A stretch of 64,000 nt of DNA, taken from NCBI RefSeq assembly GCF_009914755.1, contig NC_060947.1; one strand, given 5' to 3'. A program made the position numbers and the translations under genes. Of the stretch, positions 1 through 15,904 are shown in pieces; within the stretch, counting starts at the first letter, position 1; every line of letters starts with the position of its first letter. Source of the stretch: the human T2T-CHM13v2.0 reference genome, Homo sapiens. Below the pieces are notes generated by a model. That model made no database searches, was not told the DNA's origin, and saw only the letters and a list, made by a program, of their open reading frames with translations.

Positions 1-117
1 GGGATCCGTCATTGGAGCAGAGGCCCCAGTGAGATGCAACTTCAGGCTCCCCAACGCAAAGCCACATTTGACAGGGCCTGGCCTGGGTTCCAGAGGCCCA
101 GTGTAGGAAGCATGTAG

Positions 118-642
<525 letters not shown>

Positions 643-734
643 TAAAGAGAGGGAAGCTCACATTTTACCAAGAGCCGAATGGCATCCTTTGTACCCCTAA
701 CATTATCCAAGATTTTTGAGGTGATGTGCATTAA

Positions 735-855
735 GCCAGGGGCTCTCAAGCTTTCACATGTCTCTGGGTCACCCAGGGGTCTGGCTCAAAAGCAGATTCT
801 GATTGAGCAGGTCTTGGGTGGGATCCGATACTACATCCCTCACAAGTTCCCCATT
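735..855. mobile_element. MER5A-like hAT MITE fragment
   Basis: caggggctctcaagctt...cagattctgattgagcaggtc...cacaagttccc resembles MER5A. Confidence 0.45.
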
Positions 856-3176
856 AACGCCGATATTGCTGGTCCCCACGTCACACTGTAAGGAAAAAGG
901 CTTTAAACCCAAGTCTTGGGTAGACATTCTTGGTTGCAAAGTGACTGCATGTTTGCAAGCAGCCCCCTGGCCCTGCTCCGCTGCTGCCTTTCAGCAATTG
1001 TTGGCTAAAGCTGAGAAGGAAGAGAGGCGACAGCCTGGAGTGGCCCGGGCTGAGCTGTCTCAGAGACTTTCAGGTGTACCAACCATCCGGCTGAGATCAC
1101 GAGTTCTCTGCCCCAGACACCCCTTGCCACCACACAAGTCTTTTGCTTCACTTTGTGATATGATGTCAGATTCCACAGTTAGAGGCCCTTGTGGGTAAAT
1201 GTGCAGACATCGCTGAAACCAATTGCGTGAGATGATTTTCCTCTTGTGTTTGAATGACAATCAGCTGCACTGAGGGGCAGGCTGTTGAGTTGGGGGAGGG
1301 GAGTATGGGATGATGCCCAGGTCAGGGTGTCCCAACGACAGGTGGATCAGAGAAGCAAGCCCATGGGCCCCATCAGCCGAGGGATGGCTCCAACAGAAGG
1401 GTAAACAGGAGGTAGGAGAATTCCTAAGACAGAGGGGCCTAGGGCTGCGGGCTGAGGGCCAGAGGTCTGGTTGTGAGTTGCTGGGACCCCAGGCAAGGAG
1501 AAGCTGTGAGCCTTGGAGGGGTAGAGTCCTGCTGGGCCTCAAGGTGGCAGGGGCAAGGACCAGCATAGCACATCCACGGGCACGCTCACCATCCTTGCTC
1601 TGTGATCTGTACAACATTCCAGCATCTCATGATAGACCAGGGCCCATGGCGTGGCTCCCATGTGCACACGACAGTTTTACTATATATCTTCTAGAGTATT
1701 CTTGAAGCTTGTCAATGGGACTTTCCCTGGTCTGATGTTGGAATGGCCCACTGTTAATACATCTCCACCAGGCAACTGCTTACTTCTCTCCCTGTCCTTT
1801 GTTTCCTGTTTCCAAGGCACCTCCCTTAAACCTCTTCCCAGTGTTACATAGCTTTAAAATATCTTTAAGGCATCTTCATCAAAGGCTTTATAACAATAAG
1901 TTGAGATAAGCTATCCTCTCCCATTTTAGCTTGACACTCAAACATTTTTACCTCCCCCAAAGTAAAAATTGATTTTGTATTTTAGACACCGTAGCAAGTT
2001 TGTGCTTAAGTGTTCGGCGATGCTTCTCCTTATTATAGGTCCTGTTGCTTAACGGGTAGGTAGGTGCCTTTGTGTAAATATTGCCTTATAAATAATGAGG
2101 TTTTTTTAAGGTTAAGTAGGATTGGGTTTGTTTAAAAATACTGTAATCAGCAGCCTTTAAAAATTTTTTCATTCCCTAGGATCTTTTAAGCAAAGGTTGA
2201 AATTTAAAAACTAAGGTAATAAATGTCACAGAATCTATTATCTATTGTATAGCTCCAGGCACACCTGCTAAGAGGCAGCTTACTAATTTTGCTGAAACCC
2301 ATTACTGTAATCAAGTGGGAAGCAGTAATTGTCATCAACCAGTTAGAGAAGAAATTTAAGCTTACCAACCAAGTACTCTTCTCGAAGCTATGTTTGGAAT
2401 GTCTGAAGAGGCACCACACGGTGTAAATACTACCTATATGCTTTCAATCAGACCGATAATAATATAGAAGGTGCTATTTACATGGTTTGTGCAGAGGGAA
2501 GGAGTGTTTTGCTCTGAGGAATCAGAAAAGCTGTTTTTCTGGCCTGTGGAAATAGAAGAGCCCCTGTACTCTGGTGGAGAAATACAGGTGCATGACCTGT
2601 ATTTGAGGAATCTTGTGCCATTTTATGAGTATAGAAATATGACAGCATTTAGCTAGACACTATCCCATGCCAATTTCACTTCCTAGAGGAATTGGGAGCA
2701 AAGATTATAGACAGATCCAAGATAGTATGGATCAGAAAAGAAAGGTAAGTGAGGTAAATAAGGATTTTTCTTACATATCATGTTTAAAAATTGTAGCAAC
2801 TGCTCACATGAAGCTGAAAATGTTTTGTTATGTTTTGGAATGCCAAAGCATGGCGTTATCTTTGTTAGAGAGCACGTCGTTAGCACCACCTAGGCAACGT
2901 GACTCTCTTCACCATCACATACTAGCACACGGGGCTGTATGCGACTCTTGCTCAAGTTCCTGGCAAATGGGCCTTTACCTCTCATTGCTCTGCAAATATG
3001 AGGACTCGCCTGTACTTAGCAGGGCTCAGGTGCTTCTTGTCTTGAGTTCTGCAGTTAAGTAGAGGTTCAAAGAGGACTCAGCGGGGAGTTGCAGAGATGA
3101 TTAAAGGGTGGAAAGTTAGAGTTTCAGGGAAGAGTTAAGGAAACTCTCAGGTTTTTTTGGTCTGGTGGATGATTTA

Positions 3177-3256
3177 TTAGGCTGGTACAAAAGTAGTTGC
3201 GGTTTTTGCCGTTACTTTCAATGGCAAGAACCGCAATTACTTTTGCACCAACCTAA
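3177..3256. mobile_element. MADE1 (Hsmar1-derived mariner MITE), full length 80 bp
   Basis: TTAGGCTGGTACAAAAGTAGTTGCGGTTTTTGCC...GGCAAGAACCGCAATTACTTTTGCACCAACCTAA terminal inverted repeats; TA on the left, TG (decayed TA) on the right. Confidence 0.92.
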
Positions 3257-3437
3257 TGATTCTCCAGCATGTGGAAGACGCTTAGTTGCAGAAAGGGGTC
3301 TACATCCAGCACTGAACAAGAAGCCAAGTGTCAGGTCTGTCAGACAAGGGAGAAAGAGGTTTCTGCCCGGGAGGGCTGTTAGTTACTGGACTAGGTCATG
3401 GAGAATAGTGGTGTCATCTACACCTTTCTGTTGGGGA

Positions 3438-3513
<76 letters not shown>
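3438..3513. repeat. Compound microsatellite (GT)11(AT)14(AC)12
   Basis: Read directly. Confidence 0.97.
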
Positions 3514-3649
3514 TAGAGGGACTTCTCCATGCTTTAGTAGACAGACAATAACTTGTAAAACAATCTGCTTTTTCTTCTGTATAATCTTTACTTTTTTATC
3601 ATATCATCTTTGTACTACTTCTGTGGTTGCTTTCAATTTTCCATTTTAA

Positions 3650-3847
<198 letters not shown>

Positions 3848-3911
3848 ACGCATTTTTAATTAACAGGATGATAGACTATTACTTCCCTAAAAACACAGTT
3901 CAAGTGGGAGT

Positions 3912-4126
3912 ACTCCTCCTCAGCACTGCTGACATTTGGGGCTTGATGATTCTCTGTGCTGGGGCTGTCTTGTGCACTCTTGGGTGCTGAGCAGCATCCC
4001 AGGGCTCCACCCACTGGATGTCAGCAGCACTTGCCCTCTCCTATTGTGATAACCAAAAATGTCTTTAGACATTGCCAAATGTCCCCTGAGGGTGGAGGCA
4101 GAATTGCTCCCAGTTGAGAACCATTG
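3912..4126 (-). mobile_element. MER20 (hAT-Charlie)
   Basis: gacatttgggg...agacattgccaaatgtcccct...gttgagaaccattg, reverse complement of MER20. Confidence 0.85.
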
Positions 4127-4290
4127 CTCTAAAGCCACTCAATAGCCTAATGAATATGTGATTATTTCCAATTTTGAAAAATTTCTTGGCCTATCACATA
4201 GTTTGTGAAATTTCTCTTACCCATACTTTATTATTTACCATCTCTACATCTGGCATATGAACATATTGCTTCTAGGAAATGGAATGTTGA

Positions 4291-4644
<354 letters not shown>

Positions 4645-5039
4645 TAAGAGCTGTGGCCACTGAGACTCATTCTAGTAGAATATATGACAAACCTCCTACA
4701 TTAAAGACAGTTTTAAAAACAGTTTAACTATTTTTAAAACATTTAAAAATGAAGTTTATTACATTTTTTCAAAATGAAAGTAATACACACTCCAAATATT
4801 GGGGAAATCAGAAGAAAAAGGAAACATTTAAAAAGCCACCTACATTCTTATCACCAAAGAAGACATGATTGATATTTAGTGCATTTCCTTTTTGTCTTTT
4901 AGGCCTTTTAAAAAGATGCATTTTCGGTTGTATTGTTTTGGTTTCTTTTTCAACACAGACTCCCAAGTGTTCCTAGGGTCTGTGGGTCTCTTTTCTTGTA
5001 GCACTGGCTCATCCCCTGGGTGAGGAGTTAGTTGGTTTA

Positions 5040-5650
5040 TCCTTTCACACAGGAAATATTTCTTAAGTGTCCACCATGTGCTGATACCATCCTAGAAGCT
5101 CAGAGTCCAGGGATGACAGCACACTGCCTCTGCCCTCTGTGAACTTACATGCAGGCATTTTGGTGTCTGATGATTTCTGGTCCAAACTGAGAGCAGATGT
5201 TTCACCCTGGTAGAGAATTGCAAAGAGCTTTCTTGCTGGTTGTTCTTCCATTCACAGGCTTTTGCCTGTTCTTAGCACCTCTACCCACAAAGTTTGAAGC
5301 CTCCTGTAAGTCTGTAATAGAGTTCCAAAGTGGCCTAGCAGAACCTTTCTGAGGAGAGTAGCAGTTGCCACTGTGGGAACAGCAAGGTGCATAGCTCAGG
5401 CTTCTGGCTCTGACCCTAGCTGATGCCTATATTTTTGCTTGGCAGTAAATACCTTGTGTGCTTTCCTTCCTGATGCCTCCTATGTGAGATAGGTTCAGTT
5501 TTATGTGGCAGGCAGAACCAGATACACTGACATTTAGTAGACCTACTCATCCGTTCATTCATATGTGCATTTGGCAAATATCTGTTTTGTGTCTACTGTG
5601 TGTTAGGCATTGTCCAGGCACTGGGAGTGCACTGGTGAGCAAGAGTTCAT
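5040..5650 (-). mobile_element. L2 3'-end fragments (~5040-5200 and ~5545-5650)
   Basis: cattcatt...ctactgtgtgttaggcattgtccaggcactggg style L2 tail motifs. Confidence 0.5.
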
Positions 5651-7161
5651 TGAGCTAGTGGCTGTTAGAATCAGGGCTTCTAACCCAATCAGTAGGTTCA
5701 AAGGAGATATAAGCATGTTATTTATTTTATTGTAGCAAGTGGATCGACCATTTATTAAATTGTATTTGGTTTTAGAAGGGGTTCAGCAAATCCATGTCAT
5801 CAACTCTTGATTGGGGTTTGCAACTTGATCCAATCCTGACATTCACTCAGTGGTTGAAATTGATGGAAATCCTGTTAGTGGGACTTTAAGAGAATCGGCT
5901 GGTCTATGGAAATGAGCAAATAAGTGTGTGTTGCCAGTTGCCTCCCTGCCTTAGTGGGTAAGGACAGAATCATCTTGGTTTAGGAGAGAAGTACGTAGTA
6001 TATATCGAACAGTCTACATTTGAAAACACGTTGTGCCTCAGAGTCGTCTGGTATTTGTGGCAGAATCATACCCCATTTGATGTAACTTGATTTAACCTGA
6101 CCCATGTAATGTGAAGGCATTTGCCCAGCAGGCCCTCTGTTCCTCTTTTAAACAGAGACCCTTTTTCAGACTCAGCCTGACCCCAGATGCTGCCAGTTTT
6201 CCATTAGAGTACTCTATTGCACTAAATGGCCTTAGAGGAGGCAGTTAGAATTTTATTTTTGAAAGAACAATATAGGTGAATAGTAGTCTTTGAGAAGGTA
6301 AGAAGTGTATTATGGGAACCAGGATCCATTTTAAAGCAAGCCTTGCTGTACATTTTCCCTAACCTTTTCCCATGAACCAAAAGAAAGATTAAAATTCCAA
6401 CAGAAGGAAAATCGCCTTGGAGAAATATCTTGAGACCGATGGATTTATTTCATGTGTGGCTTAAAATAGCCTGGGTTTCTAGCACCGCGTTAAGCTGTAT
6501 TTCTAATGAGTTCCTGTTACCCTACTTTTCTTCAGCTTTCTTTCACATGGCCTTTTCTATAGACAGAAATAGGCTAATTGCTACCATAACAGTTTTACTA
6601 TCTTTCTTTGAGGGATCCACAAAATGGCCCATTTTTAAGACAGGAGATCCGAAGGGTTGAGGGGGGATGCAGCTTTTCTGGGGTTGTTTCTTTGGACCCA
6701 AGGGTCGCGTTTGGGATTGAGCTGCATTTCTGGGCTGTGAGCCTGGGCTGGCCGTATTGGTTTCTTGTTCCTCCCAGGATTCATAATGCCATTTGGGCCA
6801 GTTATAAGTTAGTTCGTAAAAAGAAAAACAATGTATTAAGGTCATCGGGCAGCTAAGTAAGTTTCTTGTCACCTCAAACTCCAGCCCATGATGAGGTGAA
6901 GGAGCGTAAGGAAAGCCAGAGTGGAGGGCCCTGGGCTGTTTGGGGTGCCCGGAGTCTGCGGTGAAGCAGTGAATGTCCCCAAAGGGGCCATCTGGGTCAG
7001 GCCCATCTTGCCAGACTTTGGCAACAAATGATCCGGTCACAGCAGGGGACCCTCACACAGCATTAGCTGCAGAGAGATGCCAATTCCACAGATGTTTGGC
7101 TAAAGCCCCTTATTAAGAATGTGTGGTTCATCCTCCAAACCCCTTTTCTGTGGGATTCTAG

Positions 7162-7461
<300 letters not shown>

Positions 7462-7784
7462 TGAGTAGCCGGACATGTGGCCAGAATGACCTAGGGAGAA
7501 AAAGATGAGTGAGACATGGTCTCAGCCCTGAAGAATGTGGAGGGCCATGGGGTGGAATAGTCCTTGACAGAGAATGGCAGTAAGCTGTGGTGAATGTGTT
7601 GAGGAGGAAATGTACAGGGAGCTTGGGACTGAGGGCTGGGCAGCCGTGCAGCCAGAGAAGGGGGTGGTCCAGGCTGGACTGCTGCCTGGGCTGAGGGAGG
7701 TTGAGTAAAAAGGGGTGGAGCCACAGGAGAAGGGCTTGGTGTTGCTTTTCTACCACCCCATGTGACACTTGGCTTAGGGAGGAG

Positions 7785-8680
<896 letters not shown>

Positions 8681-9072
8681 GGACAATGGAGAGATTTGAT
8701 GGCCCCATGGCATTGTCCCTGCTGCCACTTTTGTTTTGTGTTGTCACAAATCAGGAAACCAACAATGCAAAGATCGAGGGTCCACTGTAGTAGCACCAGA
8801 GAAGCAGTTCCTTAAAGGTCATTCCTTGGCCTCTGAGTGTCACAAGTTCCATGGTGTCAGAAGCTTGTGTAAGGGAAGGGGTCGGCTTGGTCAGGGTAGC
8901 CTGGAACCTAGGGTTATCTGCCCATTTTATTCCTTTATGGGCTGGGAGTAGGAGGCGGGGAATGGGTTCTGGAGACATTGGTACCTAATAAAGTTTAGGC
9001 CTTTATAGACTCCAGAGGCTCAACTATCTAATATAGCTTATATTTCCAGAGCCAGCACACTCTAGTTTAACA

Positions 9073-9282
9073 CAGCAGTTCTCAACTGGGATGATTTTAC
9101 CTCCCAGAGACATTGGGCAATGTCTGGAGACAATTTGGGGTGTCATGACTGGAGGGAGGGATGCTATTGGCATCTAGTGAGTAGAGGTCAGGGGCGCTGC
9201 TAAACATCCTGCAGTGAACAGGACAGCTCCACAACAAAACATCTGGCCCAAAATGTCACTAGTCGTGCAGTTGAGTGACCTT
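9073..9282 (+). mobile_element. MER20
   Basis: cagcagttctcaact...ggcaatgtctggagaca...ggcatctagtgagtagagg...ggcccaaaatgtcactagt. Confidence 0.87.
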
Positions 9283-9555
9283 GGACTGGATGTGCCTGTA
9301 TAGCCAAATGAGCAATCCTATTCATTCCACTTTCTTCCTGCTGTCCTGGTAGCAAGCACACAGGGGGACAGGCTTTGCAATTTGCAGATTTACCCAGAGA
9401 ACTCCTGGCCAGCAGAGTGAGCATCCTCCTTAGCTCTGACTACAGACAGAGCAGTGTCTTGCATGTGGGAGGTGCAATCAATAGGGAAAAATAAATGAGT
9501 CCTTGTGTTTGACAAGGCTAGGGATCATTTCTGCTGATGAATTTTAAAGGAGCTC

Positions 9556-9753
9556 AAGTGGTTTTTCAAACTTGAGTGTGGATCAAAATACCCTGGAGGA
9601 TTAAACCTCCAGGTTAAATCCAGATTTCTGGGCCCTGCCACAGAGGTACTGATCCCTGGAAGTCTAGGGTGAGGCCCAAGAATATTCTTTCCTAACAAGC
9701 TCCCAGGTGATGCTGCAACTGCCGGTCTGGGGACCCCACCTTGAGAACCACTG
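9556..9753. mobile_element. MER5A
   Basis: agtggtttttcaaactt...taacaagctcccaggtgatgctg...ttgagaaccactg. Confidence 0.8.
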
Positions 9754-10872
9754 AAGTCGATTTATGCACTTGAGTTTCCAGTACTCTTGGTATAAACACC
9801 ACTGTGATTGCCCATGCTGTCTCAAGTGTGTAGCAGTTTCTCCTTTCCTTTAAAACAATAATCCAAAGTCAATTATCGTTGGAATTTCAGCTCAGGCAGG
9901 AAACTCTGCCCTTAATGCCCGCTCACACCTCATAGAGCCCCATGAGGTCTTCCTGTGAAGATCTGGGTGCCGAAATTGGCTCTGAATGTGCTTCAAGAAA
10001 GCAAAATCGCACTCTCTCTCGCTCTACATCTTTTACACAAACACAGATGCTGCTGCGTTAGTGCTGGCAAGGGATGCTTGTCTGCGGGGCCTTTCATCTC
10101 CTTGGGCTTCTTGCCAGGGCAGGCACGTCTCTGGCCAGCTCTCATGTTTGATGTGCTCGCCCACCCTGTACCTTCCCTGCTCGGGATGGCCACGAGCCTG
10201 AGCTCCACCGCTGGCCTGGATCACCTGCAGCATTTCTCAGGCCTGGGGTTCAAGGGGCATCATAAAACTGGACCAGGAATCGGAATGCCGCAATCTAGGA
10301 AGCCTCCAGTTGCTAAGAGTGAATTTGGGTGAGATTTTCCCTATGAAAGTTCTAGAAAGGAAAAGTGAGTAAGGGAGATGGTGTCAGATTTTCCCCAAGC
10401 CCTGCTAGGTGGTCCACAGGGGCCTGGACAGGATAGCTTTCGCAGAAGAGCCCAGCTGCTCGAATTTGAATTATGTCCTTGGTCATAGATCTGGCCATTT
10501 ATAATTCGCTGAATTCGCTTCAACTGCTACTCAAAGGGGCTGGAAGTTCAAACACTTGATTTAAATCAAATAGGACATTTCATGCCACTAACGAAGCCTG
10601 CTGGATTTGATGTTACCTCCTTCTGGGTTGATGTTCAGCTTTCTTCTTTTGTGATAATTACCATCGCGGGCCAGGGCACAATTTATGCACGAACCCAAGG
10701 CAGCTCCTGAATTCATATTTCCCTAGTGCTGTTATAATCAACTTAACTTTTAGACATTACAGTCACAGAGCTTTAAAAGGAGGTTTTCAGAACTGCAAAT
10801 GCTTGATCTTTTGATACTGTCTCCAGGGTGAAGACAAGGAAACAAAAACCAGGATTTATAGATATGGGAGGG

Positions 10873-10876
<4 letters not shown>

Positions 10877-10927
<51 letters not shown>

Positions 10928-10940
10928 AGTGTGTGTGTGT
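10877..10940. repeat. (GT)n microsatellite, ~23 perfect units plus degenerate tail
   Basis: Read directly. Confidence 0.97.
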
Positions 10941-11164
10941 TATAGTTATCATCACTTTGCAAACACTAACAAGTCTTATTTTTTTCAAAGCAACATTGGT
11001 TTAATCAACATTATATTGAGCATCTATTTTAGCTGGGAACTGTAGGGGGCACAAAAAGTGTTTAAAAAAAAAAAAGCCAAGGAGCTTGTTATCTACTAAA
11101 GAACATGGACATAATCCAGTTTAAGTGGTGCTACCCAAGGCAGGCGCTCCGGGGGGACTGTTCT

Positions 11165-12647
11165 GTTTTTTCTTTTTTAATTTAATTTAATTTAAAGTTC
11201 CGGGATACATGTGCAGGAAGTGCAGTCTTGCTACATAGGTAAACGTGTGCCATGGTGGTTTCCTGCACCTACCAACCCATCACCTAGGTAGGTAGCCCCA
11301 TATGCATTAGCTATTTATCCTGATGCTCTCCCTCCCCACATCCACGACAGGCCCCAGTATGTGCTGTTCCTCTCCCTGTGTCCATGTGTTCTCATTGTTC
11401 AGCTCCCACTTGTAAGTGAGAACATACAGTGTTTGGTTTTCTGTTCCTGTGTTATTTTGCTCAGGATAATGGCTTCCAGCTCCATCCATGTCCCTGCAAA
11501 GGACATGATCTCATTCCTTTTTATGGCTGCATCGTATTCCATGGTATATATGTGCCACATTTTCTTTATCCAGTCTATCACTGATGAGCATTTGGGTTGG
11601 TTCCATGTCTTTGCTATTGTGAATGGTGCTGCAGCGAACATACGTGTGTATGTATTTTTATAATAGAGTGATTTATATTCCTTTGGGTATATACTCAGTA
11701 ATGGGATTGCTGGGTCAAATGGTATTTCTGGTTCTAGGTCTTTGGGGAATCGCCACACTGTCCTCCATAATGGTTGAACTAATTTACATTCCCACCAACA
11801 GTGTAAAAGCATTCCTGTTTCTCCACACTCTTGCTCCACACCAGCATCTGTTGTTTCTTGACTTTAATAATTGCCATTCTGACTGATGTGAGATGGCATC
11901 TCATTGTGGGTTTGATTTGCATTTCCCTAATGATCAGTGATGTGGAGCTTTTTCTCATATGTTTGTTGGCTATATAAATGTCTTCTTTTGAGAAGTGTCT
12001 GTTCATGTCCTTTGCCCACTTTTTGATGGGGTTGTTTTTTTCTTGTAAATTTGTTTAAGTTCCTTGTAGATTCTGCATATTAGACCTCTGTCAGATGGAT
12101 AGATTGCAAAATTTCTCCCATTCTGTAGGTTGTCCGTTCACTCTGATGATAGTTTCTTTTGCTGTGCAGAAGCTCTTTAGTTTAATTAGATCCCATTTGT
12201 CAACTTTTGCTTTTGTTGCAATTGCTTTTGAGGTTTTCGTTATGAAATCTTTGCCCATGACTATGTCCTGAATGGTATTGCCTAGATTTTTTTTCTAGGC
12301 TTTTTATCGTTTTGGGTTTTACATTTAAATCTTTAATCTATCTTGAGTTAATTTTTGTGTAAGGTATAAGGAAGGGGTTCAGTTTCAATTTTCTGCATAT
12401 AGCTAACCAATTCTCCCAGCATCATTTATTAAATAGGGAGTCCTTTCCCCATTGATTGTTAGCTTTGTCAAAGATCAGGTGGTTGTAGATATGTGGTCTT
12501 ATTTTTGAGATCTCTATTCTGTTCCATTGATCTATGTACCAGTACTGTACTGTTTTGGATACTGTGGCCATGTAGTATAGTTTGAAGTTGGGTGGCATGA
12601 TGCCTCCAGCTTTGTTCTTTTTGCTTAGGATTTTCTGGGCTATATGG

Positions 12648-12652
<5 letters not shown>
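11165..12652 (-). mobile_element. L1PA (older, ~PA8-PA13) 3' segment: 3'UTR plus ORF2 C-terminus
   Basis: T-rich tail at ~11165; ORF2 C-terminal peptides ([27 protein letters not shown]) on minus strand. Confidence 0.92.
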
Positions 12653-14120
<1,468 letters not shown>

Positions 14121-14830
14121 TTGTACAATTCACCCATTTAAAATGCATGATTCAGTGGTTTTTAGTAGAAAATGGGTTGTGCATTAATCACCACAATTTT
14201 AGATCATTTTCATCACCCCAAAAAGAAACCCCACACCCCTTAGCTGTTACCTCCTATACCACAGTCCTTGGCAACCACTACTCTATATTTTCTGTCTCTG
14301 TGGACTTGCCTATTCTGGACATTTCATGTCAATACAGTCATGCACTATGTGGCCTTTTGTATTTGGCTTCTTTCACTGAGCATCATGTTTTCAAGGTTCG
14401 TCCACACTGAAGATGTGTCTGTACTTCTTTCCTTGTTAGGGCTGAATCATCTTGCATTGTGTGGATAGACCACATTTTGCTGATCAATTCATTAGTTGAT
14501 GGACATTTGGTTTCCCTTTTTTTCTTTTTTTTAAATTATTTTTAATTTTTGTGGGTACATAGGAGTATATATTTATGGGTATATGGTATATTTTGATACA
14601 GGCATGTAATGCATAATAATCATATCAGGGTAAATGGGGTCTCCCAGCACCTCAAGCATTTATCCTTCGGGTTACAAACATTCCAATTCTTTTAGTTATT
14701 TTTAAATGTACAGTTAAATTATTGATTGTAGTCACCCTGTTGCACTATCAAATACTAGATCGTATTCATTCTTTTAAACTATTTTTTGTACCCATTAACC
14801 ATCCTCCATCCCCTCCTCCCCCCTCCCCCA
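14121..14830 (-). mobile_element. Old L1 3' ends (L1MB-like ~14121-14515; L1MA-like ~14520-14830)
   Basis: aattcacccatttaaa...catcaccccaaaaagaaacccc and ttttgtgggtacatagg...cacctcaagcatttatcc signatures. Confidence 0.7.
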
Positions 14831-15448
14831 TTCCCCTTAGTTTTCAAATGAGGAGGTGAGACTCTAAGAAGCAAAACACTGCTCAGGGTTAAAGGGAATT
14901 GGTTGCAGAGCCAGTCCCATCTGGATTCTTCCAGGTCTCCTATCTCCTGAGGCACAATCAGCTGCCAGGTACCGGGAGGACCTTTGATGGAGAACCCTGC
15001 CAGCCGACCCTGACCCTTGAGGACATCAATCCCCTCCGTACAGCACCCTCTGGGACCAACGACAGTGGGGAGTAGACCTGGGCGTGCTGGGAAGATATGT
15101 GGCAGCATCCTTAAGTATCCAGATTCCTGGAATGGCTGCATTTTGGGATACCTGTTCAGTAAAATACAGAGGATATGGGGCCAGGTAACGGGATTCCTGT
15201 GTCCCATGCTGACGGTGTATTATAGATTCACCCACAGAGGTCTATTTGTGTCTGAAAGCTTCTGGCTGGGAGTAATAGTCAAAGTGTTTAAGAGCTGGTG
15301 CCAGATAATGAACTGATTTGTTATGAATTGTGGGGAGTTCACTGCAGTTCTATAAGGTATGAGGTTGGCAGGGTACATCCCAGGGTGTCTAGCTCAGTGG
15401 CTATAAACCAACCGGTGTAGAACTATTTTAGTACTTTTTAATCTGGAT

Positions 15449-15669
15449 GGTGGTTCTCAACCAGGGGCTATCTTGTCCCCCCTCCACAGGAGACATTTGG
15501 CATTGTCTGGAGACATTTTGGTTGCCATAATGGGGGATGGGGATGCTGCTGCATCTAGTGGGTAGAGGCCCAGGATGCTGCTGTATGTTCTACAGTGCAC
15601 AGAATGGCCTATCTGCAACAAATAATTAGCCAACCTAAATGTCACTAGTGCCAAGGTGGAGAAACCCTG
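15449..15669 (+). mobile_element. MER20, near full length
   Basis: gtggttctcaaccagggg ... gcatctagtgggtagaggcc ... gagaaaccctg. Confidence 0.88.
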
Positions 15670-15904
15670 CGTAAAGCCTTCCCAGGTGGAGGGCTGGATG
15701 GGTGGAAGGAGTCCTATTGGCCCAGCTTGCATTTTGCTGCTACCGCATGGGAGGGGGCCTCACTGGGGATTCCTATCTGCCTGTAAATAGAGGCCCTTCC
15801 CAGTAACAAAGCCGCCTTTCCTAGCTGTCACTGCTTTCTTGAAATTAATTAGAATTATCAGAGCTAGAACAAAATTTCCTGACTCTGGGAGGAAACCTTG
15901 TTTA

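Noticed and set aside
3165-3649. ORFs with CVCV/YIYI/THTH runs (also 10750-10988 and 49029-49238)
   Set aside because: Translations of dinucleotide microsatellites.
9592-9613. 8-bp hairpin CCTGGAGG-attaaa-CCTCCAGG inside MER5A
   Set aside because: Too short to exceed chance; at most a local template-switch scar.
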